DNA of 56,339 bases. It comes from Chara braunii (lineage: Eukaryota; Plantae; Charophyceae). Made by a program: the position numbers and the translations under genes. This document shows positions 26,100 to 38,647 of the stretch, one piece after another. The stretch lies in contig BFEA01000001.1 in NCBI GenBank assembly GCA_003427395.1, positions 2,908,416 through 2,964,754 on the forward strand, in the 5' to 3' direction. Within the stretch, counting starts at the first letter, position 1; the number at the start of each line of letters is the position of its first letter. The notes under the pieces are model-generated. The model saw only the letters and a list, made by a program, of their open reading frames with translations. It was not told the origin of the DNA and ran no database searches.

Positions 26100-26620
26100 A
26101 AGGTTGAATTGAGAGAAGAATCTTAGCTTACTTACAAATAATAATAAAAAAGGTAAAAGAAAGAGAATAAATTAAAGTCCGACTATATTCGGGCCTGTTT
26201 TTGCCAAACCTGATTTTCACTGCACACGGAGTTTTCTTGAGTCTGGGCTCTGTTCTGTTTCATTTTCTACTACTCTTGTAACAAAAAAAAAATAAAAATT
26301 GATGTTGAGTTTCCTCAATAGCACATCTCCACAAGCACGCCCAGATTGGGGCGTTGAGGAGACTCAACGTTGTACCAACTGAGTGTAGTCAGACATACGA
26401 AGTAAATTGGATGGACAGGTACTGCCAAAATAGACGAAGGTTCCCCAACCCACCTCACCCGCGGGTACACACCACTCCTTGACCACTCCCAATTAGTGGT
26501 GGGCCAACATGCATTGCCTTGATTGTGAGGTTCCCATGTTTGCATGGGAACCCTCTGTAAGGTAAGTACGAATTGTAGGTAAGTAGCAAAAATATGGATA
26601 TGAGTGAACAAAGATAAAAA
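26100..26620 (+). repeat. Dispersed repeat, copy 1 (copy 2 at ~40220-40770)
   Basis: Shared colinear blocks: gagtctgggc.c.gttctgtttcattttct, caactgag.gtagtcagac.tacgaagt, ttgccttgattgtgagg, tggatatgag.gaacaaagat. Confidence 0.8.
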
Positions 26621-26651
26621 TAAAAAATATATATATGAAAAAGTCATCCTT

Positions 26652-26683
26652 GGCCTGGTGGCTCAGTGGTTAGAGCACCGACT
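26652..26683 (+). tRNA. 5' half of a tRNA or tRNA-derived SINE head, truncated by an assembly gap
   Basis: ggcctggtggctcagtggttagagcaccgact gives an acceptor arm plus A-box/D-arm; the anticodon falls in the Ns. Confidence 0.5.
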
Positions 26684-26899
26684 NNNNNNNNNNNNNNNNN
26701 NNNNNNNNNNNNNNNNNNNNNNNNNNNNNNNNNNNNNNNNNNNNNNNNNNNNNNNNNNNNNNNNNNNNNNNNNNNNNNNNNNNNNNNNNNNNNNNNNNNN
26801 NNNNNNNNNNNNNNNNNNNNNNNNNNNNNNNNNNNNNNNNNNNNNNNNNNNNNNNNNNNNNNNNNNNNNNNNNNNNNNNNNNNNNNNNNNNNNNNNNNN

Positions 26900-26985
<86 letters not shown>

Positions 26986-28007
26986 GGGTCCAGGGGACCA
27001 AAACGAAAAATTGGGAGAAGGCCTATAGGGGTATGTTGAAAATTAATCGTGCCTCTGGAATATTTGCAACTATTGGTCTATTCTGAATACTCGGATTGGT
27101 GCGCGGTAGGGGTATATTTAAAATATGACGAGTCCACTAACATCAAAGGTATTTTCACAACTTTTTTTTTTGCTTTTTGTCAGAGGGACATTCCACTCCA
27201 ACCACGTTTTTTAGGCATTTGGCATATATCTCATCTTTGGGGGCATATCACAAGTTACCCAAAAACAAAGTGTAAGTTTCAAAAATAGCGCGTTCGAGGT
27301 AGTTCCACAACAAAATAGTGTCGGAGCCCAAGTTTCATTGCAAAACTACATTTCTCTTGCAGCTTTACAGGTCCTGGTAGTTCCACAACAAAAATATTTG
27401 AGGGTGGGTTCTCGTTGAAAAAATACAACTTTCGGATCCAGACAACATTTTCGCTGGGAAACTCTGAAAACACGCTATTTCTGCTATTACCCCAAAAAAG
27501 GAAAGAAAAGAAAAAGGACCAGTCTGTGCCAGCCAGTGTGGTCGAGGCGTGCACACAATGTCATTTCGGTTGGGGGTGCGGGAGGCTAGAGCAGGAGCAC
27601 GGGTCATTTTGGGCACACAAACTATTTGCAACAGTGGCCATTTTGGGAACTCGGGGTCATTTTGGGTGGGCGGTAGGGGAGCCTAAGCGACCAAACAGGT
27701 CCCTTAGGAACACAACTTATTCCCAAGAGAGGCCATTTCGCACAGATCGTCATGCGGGACCAGGGTACTGGTTGTTTTGGGGGGGGGCTGTACTGCCGGG
27801 ATTTTTCAGTGTGTGTCGGGGGGTGCTGGTAGTTTCAATTATGCTCCTATTGGAATTTCCCCGGTTGAGTAGCGACCTTGCAGTTTTACGTCGAGTCTCC
27901 ATGCCTCAATCTGGCGCATTTCCACGTTGAACCTCCGTGTATGAAGCTCAACTGGCCGACGACTACCTTGGAGCCTTGGGCTGTACGAGCTCCTAGCAGC
28001 TAGGGTA

Positions 28008-28073
<66 letters not shown>

Positions 28074-28974
28074 AGAAAAATAGAGAGAGAGTTGTTAATC
28101 TGGTTTGCCCTAGGAAAGATTGGTCGGGAACAACATAGCAGAGAAGAGAAAGAGCAAGACACAAACCGGTATGTTCCTCCTGCTTGATCCTCAAATCGCC
28201 TCTTTTTCTTTCTCCTTCCTCCTTTGTCGTGCCTCTCCGTCATGTTTATTCTCAGTCCTTCCTGCCTCTGTTTTACTTCTCCTCCATCTTTTTGGTTCTC
28301 CTTTCGCTTTCTTATTCTTTGGACGTGCTCCTCGTTGATCCTACTACGACCTCCTCTTTGGCGCTTTGTACTCTCTCTCACTCTCTCCCTTCAACTGAAT
28401 GAACGAGACTACAATACGTTGAACTCCGTGTGTGTACATCTGTGTGTGTGTGTGAGAGAGAGAGAGGACTCATACTTTGTTTGTCAAAGAGTGGGGGATT
28501 GTGGATGAAATGACATGAACATGTCTATTGTGCTCATTTGAGTTCATACTCTGTTTGCTAAAGAGTTACATGCCCGTTCTGGCATATAGGTTGGACATCA
28601 ATAATCTTATCGATGTCAATATCGATATTGACATCATTTTGTCTCCCCTCGATAACTATTAAACATAATAATTGTAATAACAAAAATGCAAGAGCGGATT
28701 GGGATAACGATCGGCTGATAACAGACCATGCTCGATAACTATTATAAATTATTATTTATAATAATTATTTATAACAAGCGAACCTGTGGTGGCAAAGTCG
28801 CAACCCAGCACCAGCCCCACCCTACGCACGACCAGTATCTGGCCCGGGCGACATTGAGGGTGATTTTTTTTTTTTCGGGGGGGGCGGGGGGTTGTTTTAG
28901 AATATGAGGGATGCGCAACATTGGGGGGGCATCGGCCAAGGCATTAGCACGCCCTCGGATCCTTTGTAAATCAG

Positions 28975-29186
28975 AACTATTTTCTTGCGGTCGGCGCTGA
29001 ATTCGAACTCACCTCTGCAATCCAACAGTTTCATGTGTGTATCAACTAAGCAGCCTGCCTATGAGGGAAGACACACCGCAAACTATTTTCTTGCAGTCGG
29101 CGCTGAATTCGAACTCACCTCTGCAATCCAACAGTTTCATGTGTGTATCAACTAAGCAGCCTGCCTATGAGGGAAGACACAGCGCA
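28975..29186 (-). repeat. Near-perfect 106-bp tandem duplication containing a pol III B-box-like motif on the minus strand
   Basis: Units 28975-29080 and 29081-29186; reverse strand reads ggtgagttcgaattc. Confidence 0.8.
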
Positions 29187-29333
29187 AAACCGGAATGAAT
29201 CTTCTGCCAGAACATGGAAATATACATTGCCAAACTTTTACTTTTTTTTTTTTTTTTTTAAATGTGTCACACACACAGAGAGAGATAAATATAGATAGAT
29301 AGACAGATAGAAAGATAGATAGATAGATACATG

Positions 29334-29397
<64 letters not shown>

Positions 29398-29402
29398 CAA
29401 AG

Positions 29403-29461
<59 letters not shown>

Positions 29462-29471
29462 GAGAGAGAGA

Positions 29472-29640
29472 TTTCCTTCGACAGGATGAGCAACGCACCG
29501 GCCAACAGGTAAGTCTACAACCCCTCGGCTGGCCTCACATTACTTTCATCGATAGGATGATCGAATGAATCTTCCGCTTTCCATCGATAGGATGATCGAA
29601 TGAATCTTCCGCCATAACATTAAAATATACACTACTAGAC
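29472..29640 (+). repeat. Dispersed ~170-bp repeat (related copies at ~29193-29230, 38646-38730, 38930-39065)
   Basis: aggatgagcaac.caccggccaacaggta.gtct ... gataggatga...tcgaatgaatcttccg..ataacat.aaaatatacact. Confidence 0.8.
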
Positions 29641-29754
29641 TTGTGTGTGTGTATGTGTGTGCGTGTGTATGTGTGAGTGAGAGAGAGAGAGAGAGAACGG
29701 GTAAGTCTTGAACCTAACCTACACCCCCTCCCTTCCCCTCTCCCCCCCCCCCTC

Positions 29755-29800
<46 letters not shown>

Positions 29801-30326
29801 ACCCCCCACGCCCCCCCCGCTTACCCCTCCGCCACCCTCTCCCCCCTATCAGTGTTCACCTTGAGTTTCACCCATCCAGCATGGGCCTGGCAGCTCCAGC
29901 TCAAACCCACAAGCCAAGCGGGACAGACAAACAACAGCAGCACTACAGAAGACGTGACTAAGAAACACAAGGTTCTGCGAGTGCATACAAGGAGGACAGC
30001 AGAAGGTCGAAAGCCGCCCACGGAAGACTACAACTATATGACAGCAGATGGGAATGGTGACTACACTCCCCTTGGTACAGGGGCTGAAGGGGGGGGAAAC
30101 CTCACCTTTCACTCTGCAAAGACTCCCTACGGCCGCAGCCAGCACCGACCTCACTACTCTCTGTCATCAGCAAACACAAAGGACCCAAAAGCCCTGCCAT
30201 CTCAAGTTGGGTACACCTGCCCTCACCACGCCTCAGGGGGACAGGCAACAGGAAAGACAGTGAACTCTACCAGCATATGTCAGTTGTCCAAACATTTGTC
30301 CGTCATTGATATGTCCTGTAATATGA

Positions 30327-30418
30327 GGGACGCTGGACGCGGTTTCCAGCAGGTGCAGCTCCCCACCAATAGATGGAGCCTTCAACCGGGGACTCAAAAA
30401 AAAAAAAAAAAAAAAAAA
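30327..30418 (+). mobile_element. Short poly(A) retroposon (SINE-like family R), copy A
   Basis: gggacgctggac....tttccagcaggtg..gctccccaccaatagatggagc core followed by an A-tail. Confidence 0.7.
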
Positions 30419-30534
30419 GACAAAGTCGCACTGGAGTCATGGTGTGAGTTTCAAATGTGCAAGTTTAGCGAGGGTCTAAAACTGCATCCATCAGTCATTA
30501 GCCGCTGTAGTGAATGCAGTCTTTTTTGTTGGGG

Positions 30535-30631
30535 GGACCATTTCTCGATTTATGCGTGTCTTCCTTGCGCAGGGGCCATGCTAATTACCCTTCTCTGTAT
30601 CGTTCCAATTTTAATGGATGTCCCCCAGGAC
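30535..30631 (-). pseudogene. U6: U6 snRNA retropseudogene (near full length)
   Basis: Reverse strand GTCCTGGGGGACATCCATTAAAATTGGAACGATACAGAGAAG(GGTA)ATTAGCATGGCCCCTGCGCAAGGAAGACACGCATAAATCGAGAAATGGTCC matches plant U6; A-rich end instead of oligo-U; no upstream TATA seen. Confidence 0.9.
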
Positions 30632-30835
30632 ATTGAATGCCGTTTTAGGGTTGCCTTTTTTTTTTGCCATTTTTCGGCGACTGCTAAAGTTGCCCATTCT
30701 GAACATGGGATGTGACTTGAAAGACCGTGCTGGGGTTTAGGGTTTAGGGTTGATACGCTCTTTCTAGAGCACATGGGAAAAAAAAAAAAAAAAAAAAAAA
30801 AAAACAGAGATTGTGAAACTAGGGTAACTAAATTA

Positions 30836-30998
30836 TTTTTTTTATTAAAAAAATGAAAATAAAAAATTAAAGGGACAACCCGAGCTGATGCTAGCGGTGA
30901 TGATAGGAGCAGACACCACCGCTACTCCCGGGGAGGCTCCATCTGTTGGTGGGGAGCAGCATCTGCTGGAAAACAGGTCCAGCGTCCCTGAACATTGT
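30836..30998 (-). mobile_element. SINE-like family R, copy B (reverse orientation)
   Basis: Reverse complement caatgttcagggacgctggacctgttttccagcagatgctgctccccaccaacagatggagcc...ggtgtctgctc matches copy C. Confidence 0.75.
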
Positions 30999-31175
30999 GG
31001 TTTTTCAGAAAAACAGTGACTGCGTGTCAGTATTGATTGCCCTGTCTGACCAGGGGATTGACTGTACAGGAGCACCTTCTTACGTAAAAACTAAATTAGA
31101 GTTGTCAGCAGTTATTCTTTTTTTTTTTTTTTTTTCGTTCCTTGCACCTACAGCTAATCGAGAGTGTCGAGGGTC

Positions 31176-31220
<45 letters not shown>

Positions 31221-31567
31221 AGTGTCGAGGGAAGAAGGCACTCTGTGCCGTCTGAACCAGGCTGGTTGGTACTGGGGAAGTTTGTGTTGCCCTGTAACCC
31301 TATCAGCATAGGGGAGTATGAGATCAGCTGAGGTCTGGTACAAGACTAAATGCTTGGATTTAACGTTTTTTCGTTTGTTGAAGGGGAGGTGTAAACAGTA
31401 GGAGTGCTTTTTGTTAGGACCCATGTTTGGTTTGATTGATTTTGGTTGATTTGGTTGGATTGGACCCCATCGATTTTTTTGATCATCCCCGCCGGGATTC
31501 GGTTTGATCTAACCCATATGTCATCTCATCAGCGTACCTGTAATTCGCTAGGAGTCGCTGTGCTTTG

Positions 31568-31720
31568 CAATGTATCCCACAGGGACGCTGGACCCGATTT
31601 CCAGCAGGTGCTGCTCCCCACCAATAGATGGAGCCCTCCCGACGGCGCTAGTGGTGTCTGCTCTTATCAGCACCCATAGCGACAATTTGGGTTGTTTCGG
31701 AAAAAAAAAAAAAAAAAAAA
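31568..31720 (+). mobile_element. SINE-like family R, copy C, with poly(A) tail and 18-bp TSD
   Basis: aggagtcgctgtgctttg at 31550-31567 and 31721-31738 flanks the core plus A20. Confidence 0.9.
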
Positions 31721-31743
31721 AGGAGTCGCTGTGCTTTGAGGGN

Positions 31744-31807
<64 letters not shown>

Positions 31808-32024
31808 ACGAATCACATTGCAAGCACAACAGAAGCCACTGAACGATGACCACATTCGTGCCTCCACTCCCACGCTCACCTCGGACGTTTGCAGATATCT
31901 TCGCGGCCAAAAGACACCGCCGCACTTTGTTTTCGGACGATCGAGGCTAGTTTTCGTGTGTGTGTGTGCGTGTGTGCGCGCGCGTGTGTGCGTGTGCCTG
32001 TTTATGTGTGTGTGTGTGAATATA

Positions 32025-32060
<36 letters not shown>

Positions 32061-32949
32061 AGAGAGAGATACACACTTGCAATATTGGACAATACGTGTG
32101 AGGCTTTACTTTCATAGAATATACGTCATGTCCATGACATGCGACCGAAACAGCCGTGATTATCCTTCTACCTGTCTGCTCAGGTAATCCTTTCAGCCAT
32201 TGTCATCAATATATGTACCCTTTGGTCCAAATACTTTCCCGTTCAGCTGAACCTTAGCCCTTGCAGTCTCCTATCATCATCGTGTCATCGTCATGCTTGA
32301 AGAATTTTTGTTGTCGAGATGTTCACTTGGTCACGATATATCGAAAAATCATTTCTCTGAGAAACTTTGAAGAACTTTGTCATTTCTCTTTGAAGTATTC
32401 GTGTCACTGTTGCTGATTTCCTTTCCGATGTTCACGTAGTCGCACTTCGTATACGTAAATGGTCACTTTCAAAAACCATTTGCAGGTTCACATCTTGAGA
32501 AGTACCCTGGTATCGTATTCCGATATATCCCTGTACGTAGTGCTCACGCGAGTCTCCAAGTGTTGCATCGATTGAATTTATGAAATCAACTATCTATCAC
32601 ACTTCCTTAGTCGACACATTTTTAGGTGGGTCTTGTATTAAATTTCCATTTTAATGGTTCGTTTCTTTCGATCTTATATTTGAAGATTTTAAATTCAGAA
32701 CTCACGCTCGACCTCTAGTTGTTTGTTATGTTTACTTTTGTTCGAAATTTTGAAATGAATTGAATTGAATTTATATTTCGACACGTTTCGCAAAAATTAT
32801 TTTGATCTTCTTAAAGAGAGACTTCGGTCGCCGAATTTTGTATTTCATATACGGGTATTTGGTTTTATGTCATTTGTATTTGCTTTGGAAGTGAGGGTAG
32901 TGTATTGTTTTTTCTTACCACATACATTTGTAATTGTTTTGCGTGTTAC

Positions 32950-35620
32950 TTTCGTTTTACTTTCCAATTACTTATGTCGTTTTCTTCCATAAATTTCAAG
33001 AAGATATTTTGCACATTGTTGTCTATATAGTTTGTGATGAAGGTCGGTATTATCAAACGTGTTGTTTTCCATAGGCATTCCAACAATTTGAGCTTCATGC
33101 AATATAATTCCAGTACGACGGGTAAATCGGTCGCATCATACTTACTTGTTACCATTCTATAGAAAGTGTCAATTATCATCAATACTTTCATATTCACGGA
33201 ACCGACACTCCTTAAATGACGGATAAATGAAATAGAGAGAGAGTTTAACAACCCCTACCTGAGTGTAGTTTCATTATTAAGTTTATGCATACATTTCAGG
33301 AGGAGTTCATGATTCATTTTCGTGATTTTCGTTCCTAAGTAATTTCATTCTGTCTTTTGCATGTTCGATGTGGATTCTAATTTCAGCGAAGAGTGGTAAC
33401 AATTTGTGAATGAATTCAGACATATTGTTTCAAATTCCATATTATTTTGATTAGCGATAACTACATTCATCACATCATCGACAAATTTCATACCACATAG
33501 GAGTTTTTTATCAATACCGATTTGAGAACGTCATTTTTGTTCGTCATATGCGTAAACCATGTTTGTGATCGATAGGCTAGATCCTTTCCCCATGCGTACC
33601 CCTTTGATTTGTCGTAGTCGTGTACCTTGTACTCTGAAGTATGCATGTTGAATATCAAAATACAAGAGGTCACATATTATTTCAATTTTCACTTTCATTC
33701 ATTCATATGTTTCATTTGTTTTTCTGAAATTTATATATTTTCCTCTTATTTTATAACATAGATGGGTTTTCCTTTTGTCTTTTGCTATACTTAGTATCCA
33801 TTGCATGACGTTCATGATATATGTGTGATCTAAATTGCAGAACATGTCCTTTAAGTCATATGTCGAGCATAGTACAGTGGTTTGTTGTTCATACGTGAGT
33901 GTCACCTTTTGGTTGCATTTTTTTTAATCTTGGAACTAGTTGGTTTGTACCCTGCAGACCAAACCGTAATCGCCAGTTACGGCATAAGAAATTTAAAGCC
34001 CTGGATAAGATTTTTTATGCTTTGCGTGAGAGTTCATTATATGCTGGTACAATTGGGCGTCTTTTAAAAACATCTTTATTCTTTGATATTACGTACACAT
34101 TTTCGTATGATCCATCATCATTCTACTTCGTCATTTTTCCAATTCCACATGCATGATATGTGTATTTTGTGTTTGTTGGATGACCTCGTTGTGTGCAAAT
34201 TCAAAAAAGACGGATCTGTTTTTTCGAGCCATATCCTTGGGTACTCGATATATATTTCGTCGGGGTTTTGGTCCATCATTAATAATGTATAATCCTTCAG
34301 TTTGTTTTTTATCTTCCACACTTCAGAAATATCCAGATGTTGTTTATGGTTGTCGTTCGAGATCAGACACTATGACAAATTGACTTGTATCCCTTGTGAA
34401 ACTCTCATTTTTTGTTGTATGATGGATATGACTTGCACTATGATTTTATGCATCATCTGTTTTCTTTTTCGTGCATTTATATATGGTACGTTTTTTGCAT
34501 TCCATTTAAGTTCATTTTGTTGAATGTGACTTAATCGACACGAAACATGTGAGTAGTGTCTCCATTATATGTCTGTGATTATGCAGTATCCCACCGCCTG
34601 TCTTTGATTTCTTAAATATTATTTTAATGAGTGAAACCAAATCTTTCGTCAGGTTGGGATTCTTAATACTTTCAAATATAGCATCAGATGTTGCGTTTTA
34701 GATTTGTTTTAAGTTAATTTGTATGACATATGAAATTTTGAATATTAATCTTTGTTTGATATTGAATGCAATTTTTTTTTTTTATATCCTAGCAAATATT
34801 CTCTTTATAGTTTCATGCTGTTTTTTTTCCGTGATCGAACCAACTTTAGACAATAGAATAAGAAAATCATATAACGACAACTTATATAATTTTTTCCTTC
34901 TCCATGGGGTCCTTAGACGGTTAATCAATGTTTTCTTATATTTATTTGACGATGGTCCTGTGTAAATTAACATGATTACGTAGAAAGTACAACCACTTTC
35001 TAGCAGACTTCTGCAGTTCTTTAGCATATACAGAATTCCGTCAACTTCAATTATGATAGATCAGAATGTTTGTTTTATTACTTTTCATTTCTCATACCAT
35101 AGTTTGTCTTCTGCACTTTGTATTGTTGCTTTAGGTTGTAGAATTTGGGTTAGTTTTTTCGTAAATAAGGATCTCGCGGATTTAAATATCACATACATGT
35201 TTCGATTAACTGCATTCATCCCATATTTTTTCCCTCTTCTTTGATTTATCTTCTTCTATTGATTTCTTTTCTTTTCTCGTGTATTCGGGTATAGATTTAA
35301 TCTGTTAATGAGAGTCTATTTCATCGAGGCTACTTCCGACTTTGCCCCTGTCTACACTGGTATGAGTACATTCTTAGGCCAACCAAATTTTTGTAACCAG
35401 TTGTATAGCCTGCGTTGTGCACCCTTTCTAGTATTCCGAGCTAGGTTTACATGCTCACACCACCTATTATCCGGTCCACGCCCAGTCTTTCTTATGTAAA
35501 AGTGACAAACCATGGTGAAGCGAGTACATATACACAGTGATTTGCATCTAGAAGTGTATCTACTTGTGCATATTGAGTTGTCCAATAGGCAACAAAAGAT
35601 CATGGCCATGGAATACAACT
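32950..35620 (-). pseudogene. PLE-1 GIY-YIG endonuclease plus reverse transcriptase (heavily degenerate)
   Basis: GIY-YIG-like FYIRKTGR...RWCEH...LYNWL.KFG...LIPV...LINRLN; RT motifs TYDLKDMFCNLDH, RQIKGVRMG, MKFVDDV (33474-33485); C-terminal IIDTFYR block. Confidence 0.8.
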
Positions 35621-35799
35621 ATCAATTGTTAGTGGTATAAACAGTTGTTTGTATAGTTTGTTACTTTTGGAGCAGTTCTTCATTTGCCGAGTATTTACAA
35701 GTAACTCTACTATTGACGATATTCGATGTATAAGCATTAATTTCATCCTATGTGTAAGACCCCACGTCGGCTCTGACCGTTCTACCTTCCCGAGATGTC

Positions 35800-37021
35800 T
35801 TAGCCACTGGATGATGTAGGTGATGAGTCATTAACATCTTCGATGGAGTCTGGGTCTTCATCCTCGCCATCTTCATAGATTGAGGCCTCTTGTTCGATAT
35901 CCTCAGGGTAGATTCGTGTTTCGAGGTCGAAATCATGATTGAAGTCCCTCCCTTCGTATCTCACGAGTCCCGGTACCTTGAACAGGGCAGCCATAGCCTG
36001 TGGTTTTTCTTTGTACTTGATGTCGTGAGTCTTGCACAACTTTTGCAGGTCCGTGTAGTGGAGTCTCAAAAGTTGTGTATCTGTTACTGACTCAAATCCA
36101 AAATTGAAGTTCCTCTTCGCCTTTGCTGCTCTACTTGGTCGTCTGGTCTTCGTCCTCCTGCGTTTCGGATGTGGTACACGCGGTCGACTGGGTGCACTCC
36201 TGCTGACATGAATTGATGCCGGTGCGTCAGTCATCATAGATCCTTGAAAGTGGTTTGGATTAACTGTGGATGATACATGTGCTATGCAAGTTCTTGTTGG
36301 TTCGTTTATCTTCTTCATGACACCTTTGACCGTGACAAGATCATATTTCATCAACTTGATTCCGTTAACGTCTCTTCGTACTTCCGACACCATCTTCTAA
36401 ACTTTTTCGGTGTCAGCTATGTCTGCTCCACCGGTTACTGTTTGTGCGTTCCCGACCTTACTTGACTCGCCCACCTCTCTTCTTGGTAGTGCTGTCTCCA
36501 AATCTTTGTCAATCATTACCGTGAGTTTCGCTGTTGTTTGTGGTTTCGTTGTCTTCTCTTCCGCTTGTCCTATTTCATTTCACCCATATTCTCGTTTTTG
36601 TCTCTCTTCTCTGCTTGCCCGCACTTCTTGCTCTCTACCAACTTTGTCGTCAATTACTCGATGGTCTTCTTTATCTTCTGCACTTCTTTTTGCAATGCAA
36701 ATATTTCCTTCTCGAGGTCAGCAGTAAACTATGCTCTGTTCCCAAGTGGAGGAAAGTCGTTTCGCCTATGTTCCCATTGAGGTCGGCCAAATCTTCATAG
36801 GGAGTACAATTCAACTCTCTTCCTTTTTACAGATACCGATCGTGATTTGTGTCGACAATCTCGTGATGTTCTGGATCTCCCTCGTTTAATTCGCTTCCTT
36901 CCTTGCCATGCTGACGATGATGATGAGGAGGAGGAGCGTTTGCGTCTCTGTCTTGTCGACGATGAGCGCGAACGCGCAATCTTTCCGGAAGTATTTGGTA
37001 CTTTGGGCGTGTTTCCTCCAC
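35800..37021 (-). pseudogene. PLE-1 upstream ORF: charged/coiled-coil region, SAP/HeH-like motif, acidic tail
   Basis: 35800-36393 is open (LLRLHYTDLQKLCKTHDIKYKEKPQAMAAL, then a D/E-rich end and stop); the upstream part is frameshifted. Confidence 0.55.
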
Positions 37022-37440
37022 AAAAAAATCACAAATGAATACATATTAGATAACGAGTGGGATAAGTTGAAAATAGTGTGAAAACTATTGTGAAAAACAC
37101 TTTAAAAATGAAGGAGAAAGTTCACGTAATCTCCAATTAATAAAAACAAAACAAAATACGATAAGATAAAAAAAAACATTAGAAGAAAATTTTGTGGTTA
37201 ATCTCCAATCGTAACTAAACGCCTCTGTCAATACCCAATGGAAAAGCGAATTAAAAAGCTTCATGAATTCTCGTAGCTGCACACACTCAACCAACGGTTA
37301 ATACAAAGACACCGAACATGAAAATTAAACGAGCACATAAAAAAAAAGAAGGAAAAAAACTTAAAAGAAGATGTCAATCAACCTGGAGTCGGTGTCGATC
37401 TTCATGGGTGTTTCTCACAAGTTCAAAGCATAATGCCTTG

Positions 37441-38600
37441 AGATACATACGTGCAGTATTGGACAATACGTGCAAGGTTTTACTTTCACAGAATACACGT
37501 TTTGTCAATGGCATGCGACCGAAACAATCGGGATTACCCTTCTACCTCTCTGCTCTGGTAATCCTTTTAGTCATTGTCATCAATATATATACACTTTGGT
37601 TCAAATACTTCCCCATCTAGTTGAACCCCAACCCCTGCAGTCTCCTATCATCATCATGCAATCGTCAAACTTGAATAATTTATGTTGTCCAGATGTCCAT
37701 TTGGTCGTAATATATCAAAAAATCATTTATCAAAAAAACTTTGTCATTTCTTTTTGAAGTATCCGTGTCGTTGTTGCTGATTTCATTTCCGACGCTTACG
37801 TGGTCGCACTTTGTAGACGTATTCGTTCGTTTCTGAAAATCATCTGCATCTTCATATCCCGAGAACTACCCTGATATCGTGTTACGGTATATCCCTGTAC
37901 GTAGTGCTCACGTGAGTCTTCGAGTTTTGCATCGATTCAATTTATGAAATCAGTTATCGATCACACTTCCTTAATAGGTAAGTTTTTAGGAGGGTCTCGT
38001 ATTGAATTTTCATTTCGATGGTTTGTTTCTTTCGATCTTTATATTTGAAAATTTGAAATTCAGAACTCACGCTCGACCTTCGGTTGTTTGTTATATTTAT
38101 TTTCGTTCAGAAATTTGAAATGAATTAAATTGAATTTATATTTCGACATGTTTCACAAAATTTATTTTGATCTTCTTAAAGAGAGGCTTTGGTCGTCGAA
38201 TTTTGTATTTTATAAATGGGTACTTGGCTTTATGTCCTTTGTCTTTGGTTTTGTAGTCAGGGTAGCGTACTGTTTTGTCTTACCACGGACATTTGTAATT
38301 GTTTTGCATCTTACTTTCGTTTTGTTTCCCAATTTCTTATGTTGTTCTCTTCTAGAAATTTCAAGACGATATTTCGCACAATGTTGTTTGTACAGTTTAT
38401 GATGAAGACCATTATCGCCAAACGTGTTGTTTTCCATGGATATTCCAATAATTTGAGTTTCGTTCAATATAATTTCATTACGGCGGGTAAATCGTTATCG
38501 TCATATGTAATTGTTACCATTTTATGGAAAGTGTCGATTATCATGTCGATTACCATCAACACTTTCGTATTCATGGAACCGACACTCCTGAAATGACTGA
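37441..38600 (-). repeat. Direct repeat of PLE-1 3' end (matches 32067-33220)
   Basis: Colinear over ~1.15 kb; by eye about 18 mismatches in the first ~124 nt. Confidence 0.92.
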
Positions 38601-38610
38601 GAGAGAGAGG

Positions 38611-38647
<37 letters not shown>

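Larger units (their letters stand above)
32067..38600 (-). mobile_element. Penelope-like element PLE-1 with permuted domains (GIY-YIG before RT; Naiad/Chlamys-like), an upstream ORF and an upstream partial tandem copy (pLTR-like)
   Basis: Minus-strand order: repeat 37441-38600, ORF ~37020-35800, GIY-YIG ~35560-35290, RT ~33900-32950, repeat 32067-33220. Confidence 0.8.

Noticed and set aside
30345-30380. CTCF-like motifs (ccagcaggtgc, ccaatagatggagc; also gccacctagag in the SINE)
   Set aside because: CTCF is not known in plants; treated as coincidental similarity
29708-30715. 335-aa ORF in the track
   Set aside because: Runs through poly-C, a SINE, poly-A and antisense U6; a chance open frame
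30736-30751. TTTAGGG telomeric repeats
   Set aside because: Only about two units; not significant
30327-30998. Inverted repeats flanking the U6 copy, suggesting a U6-carrying DNA transposon
   Set aside because: The repeats belong to poly(A)-tailed family R, and another copy has its own TSD, so they are better explained as independent retroinsertions in opposite orientations
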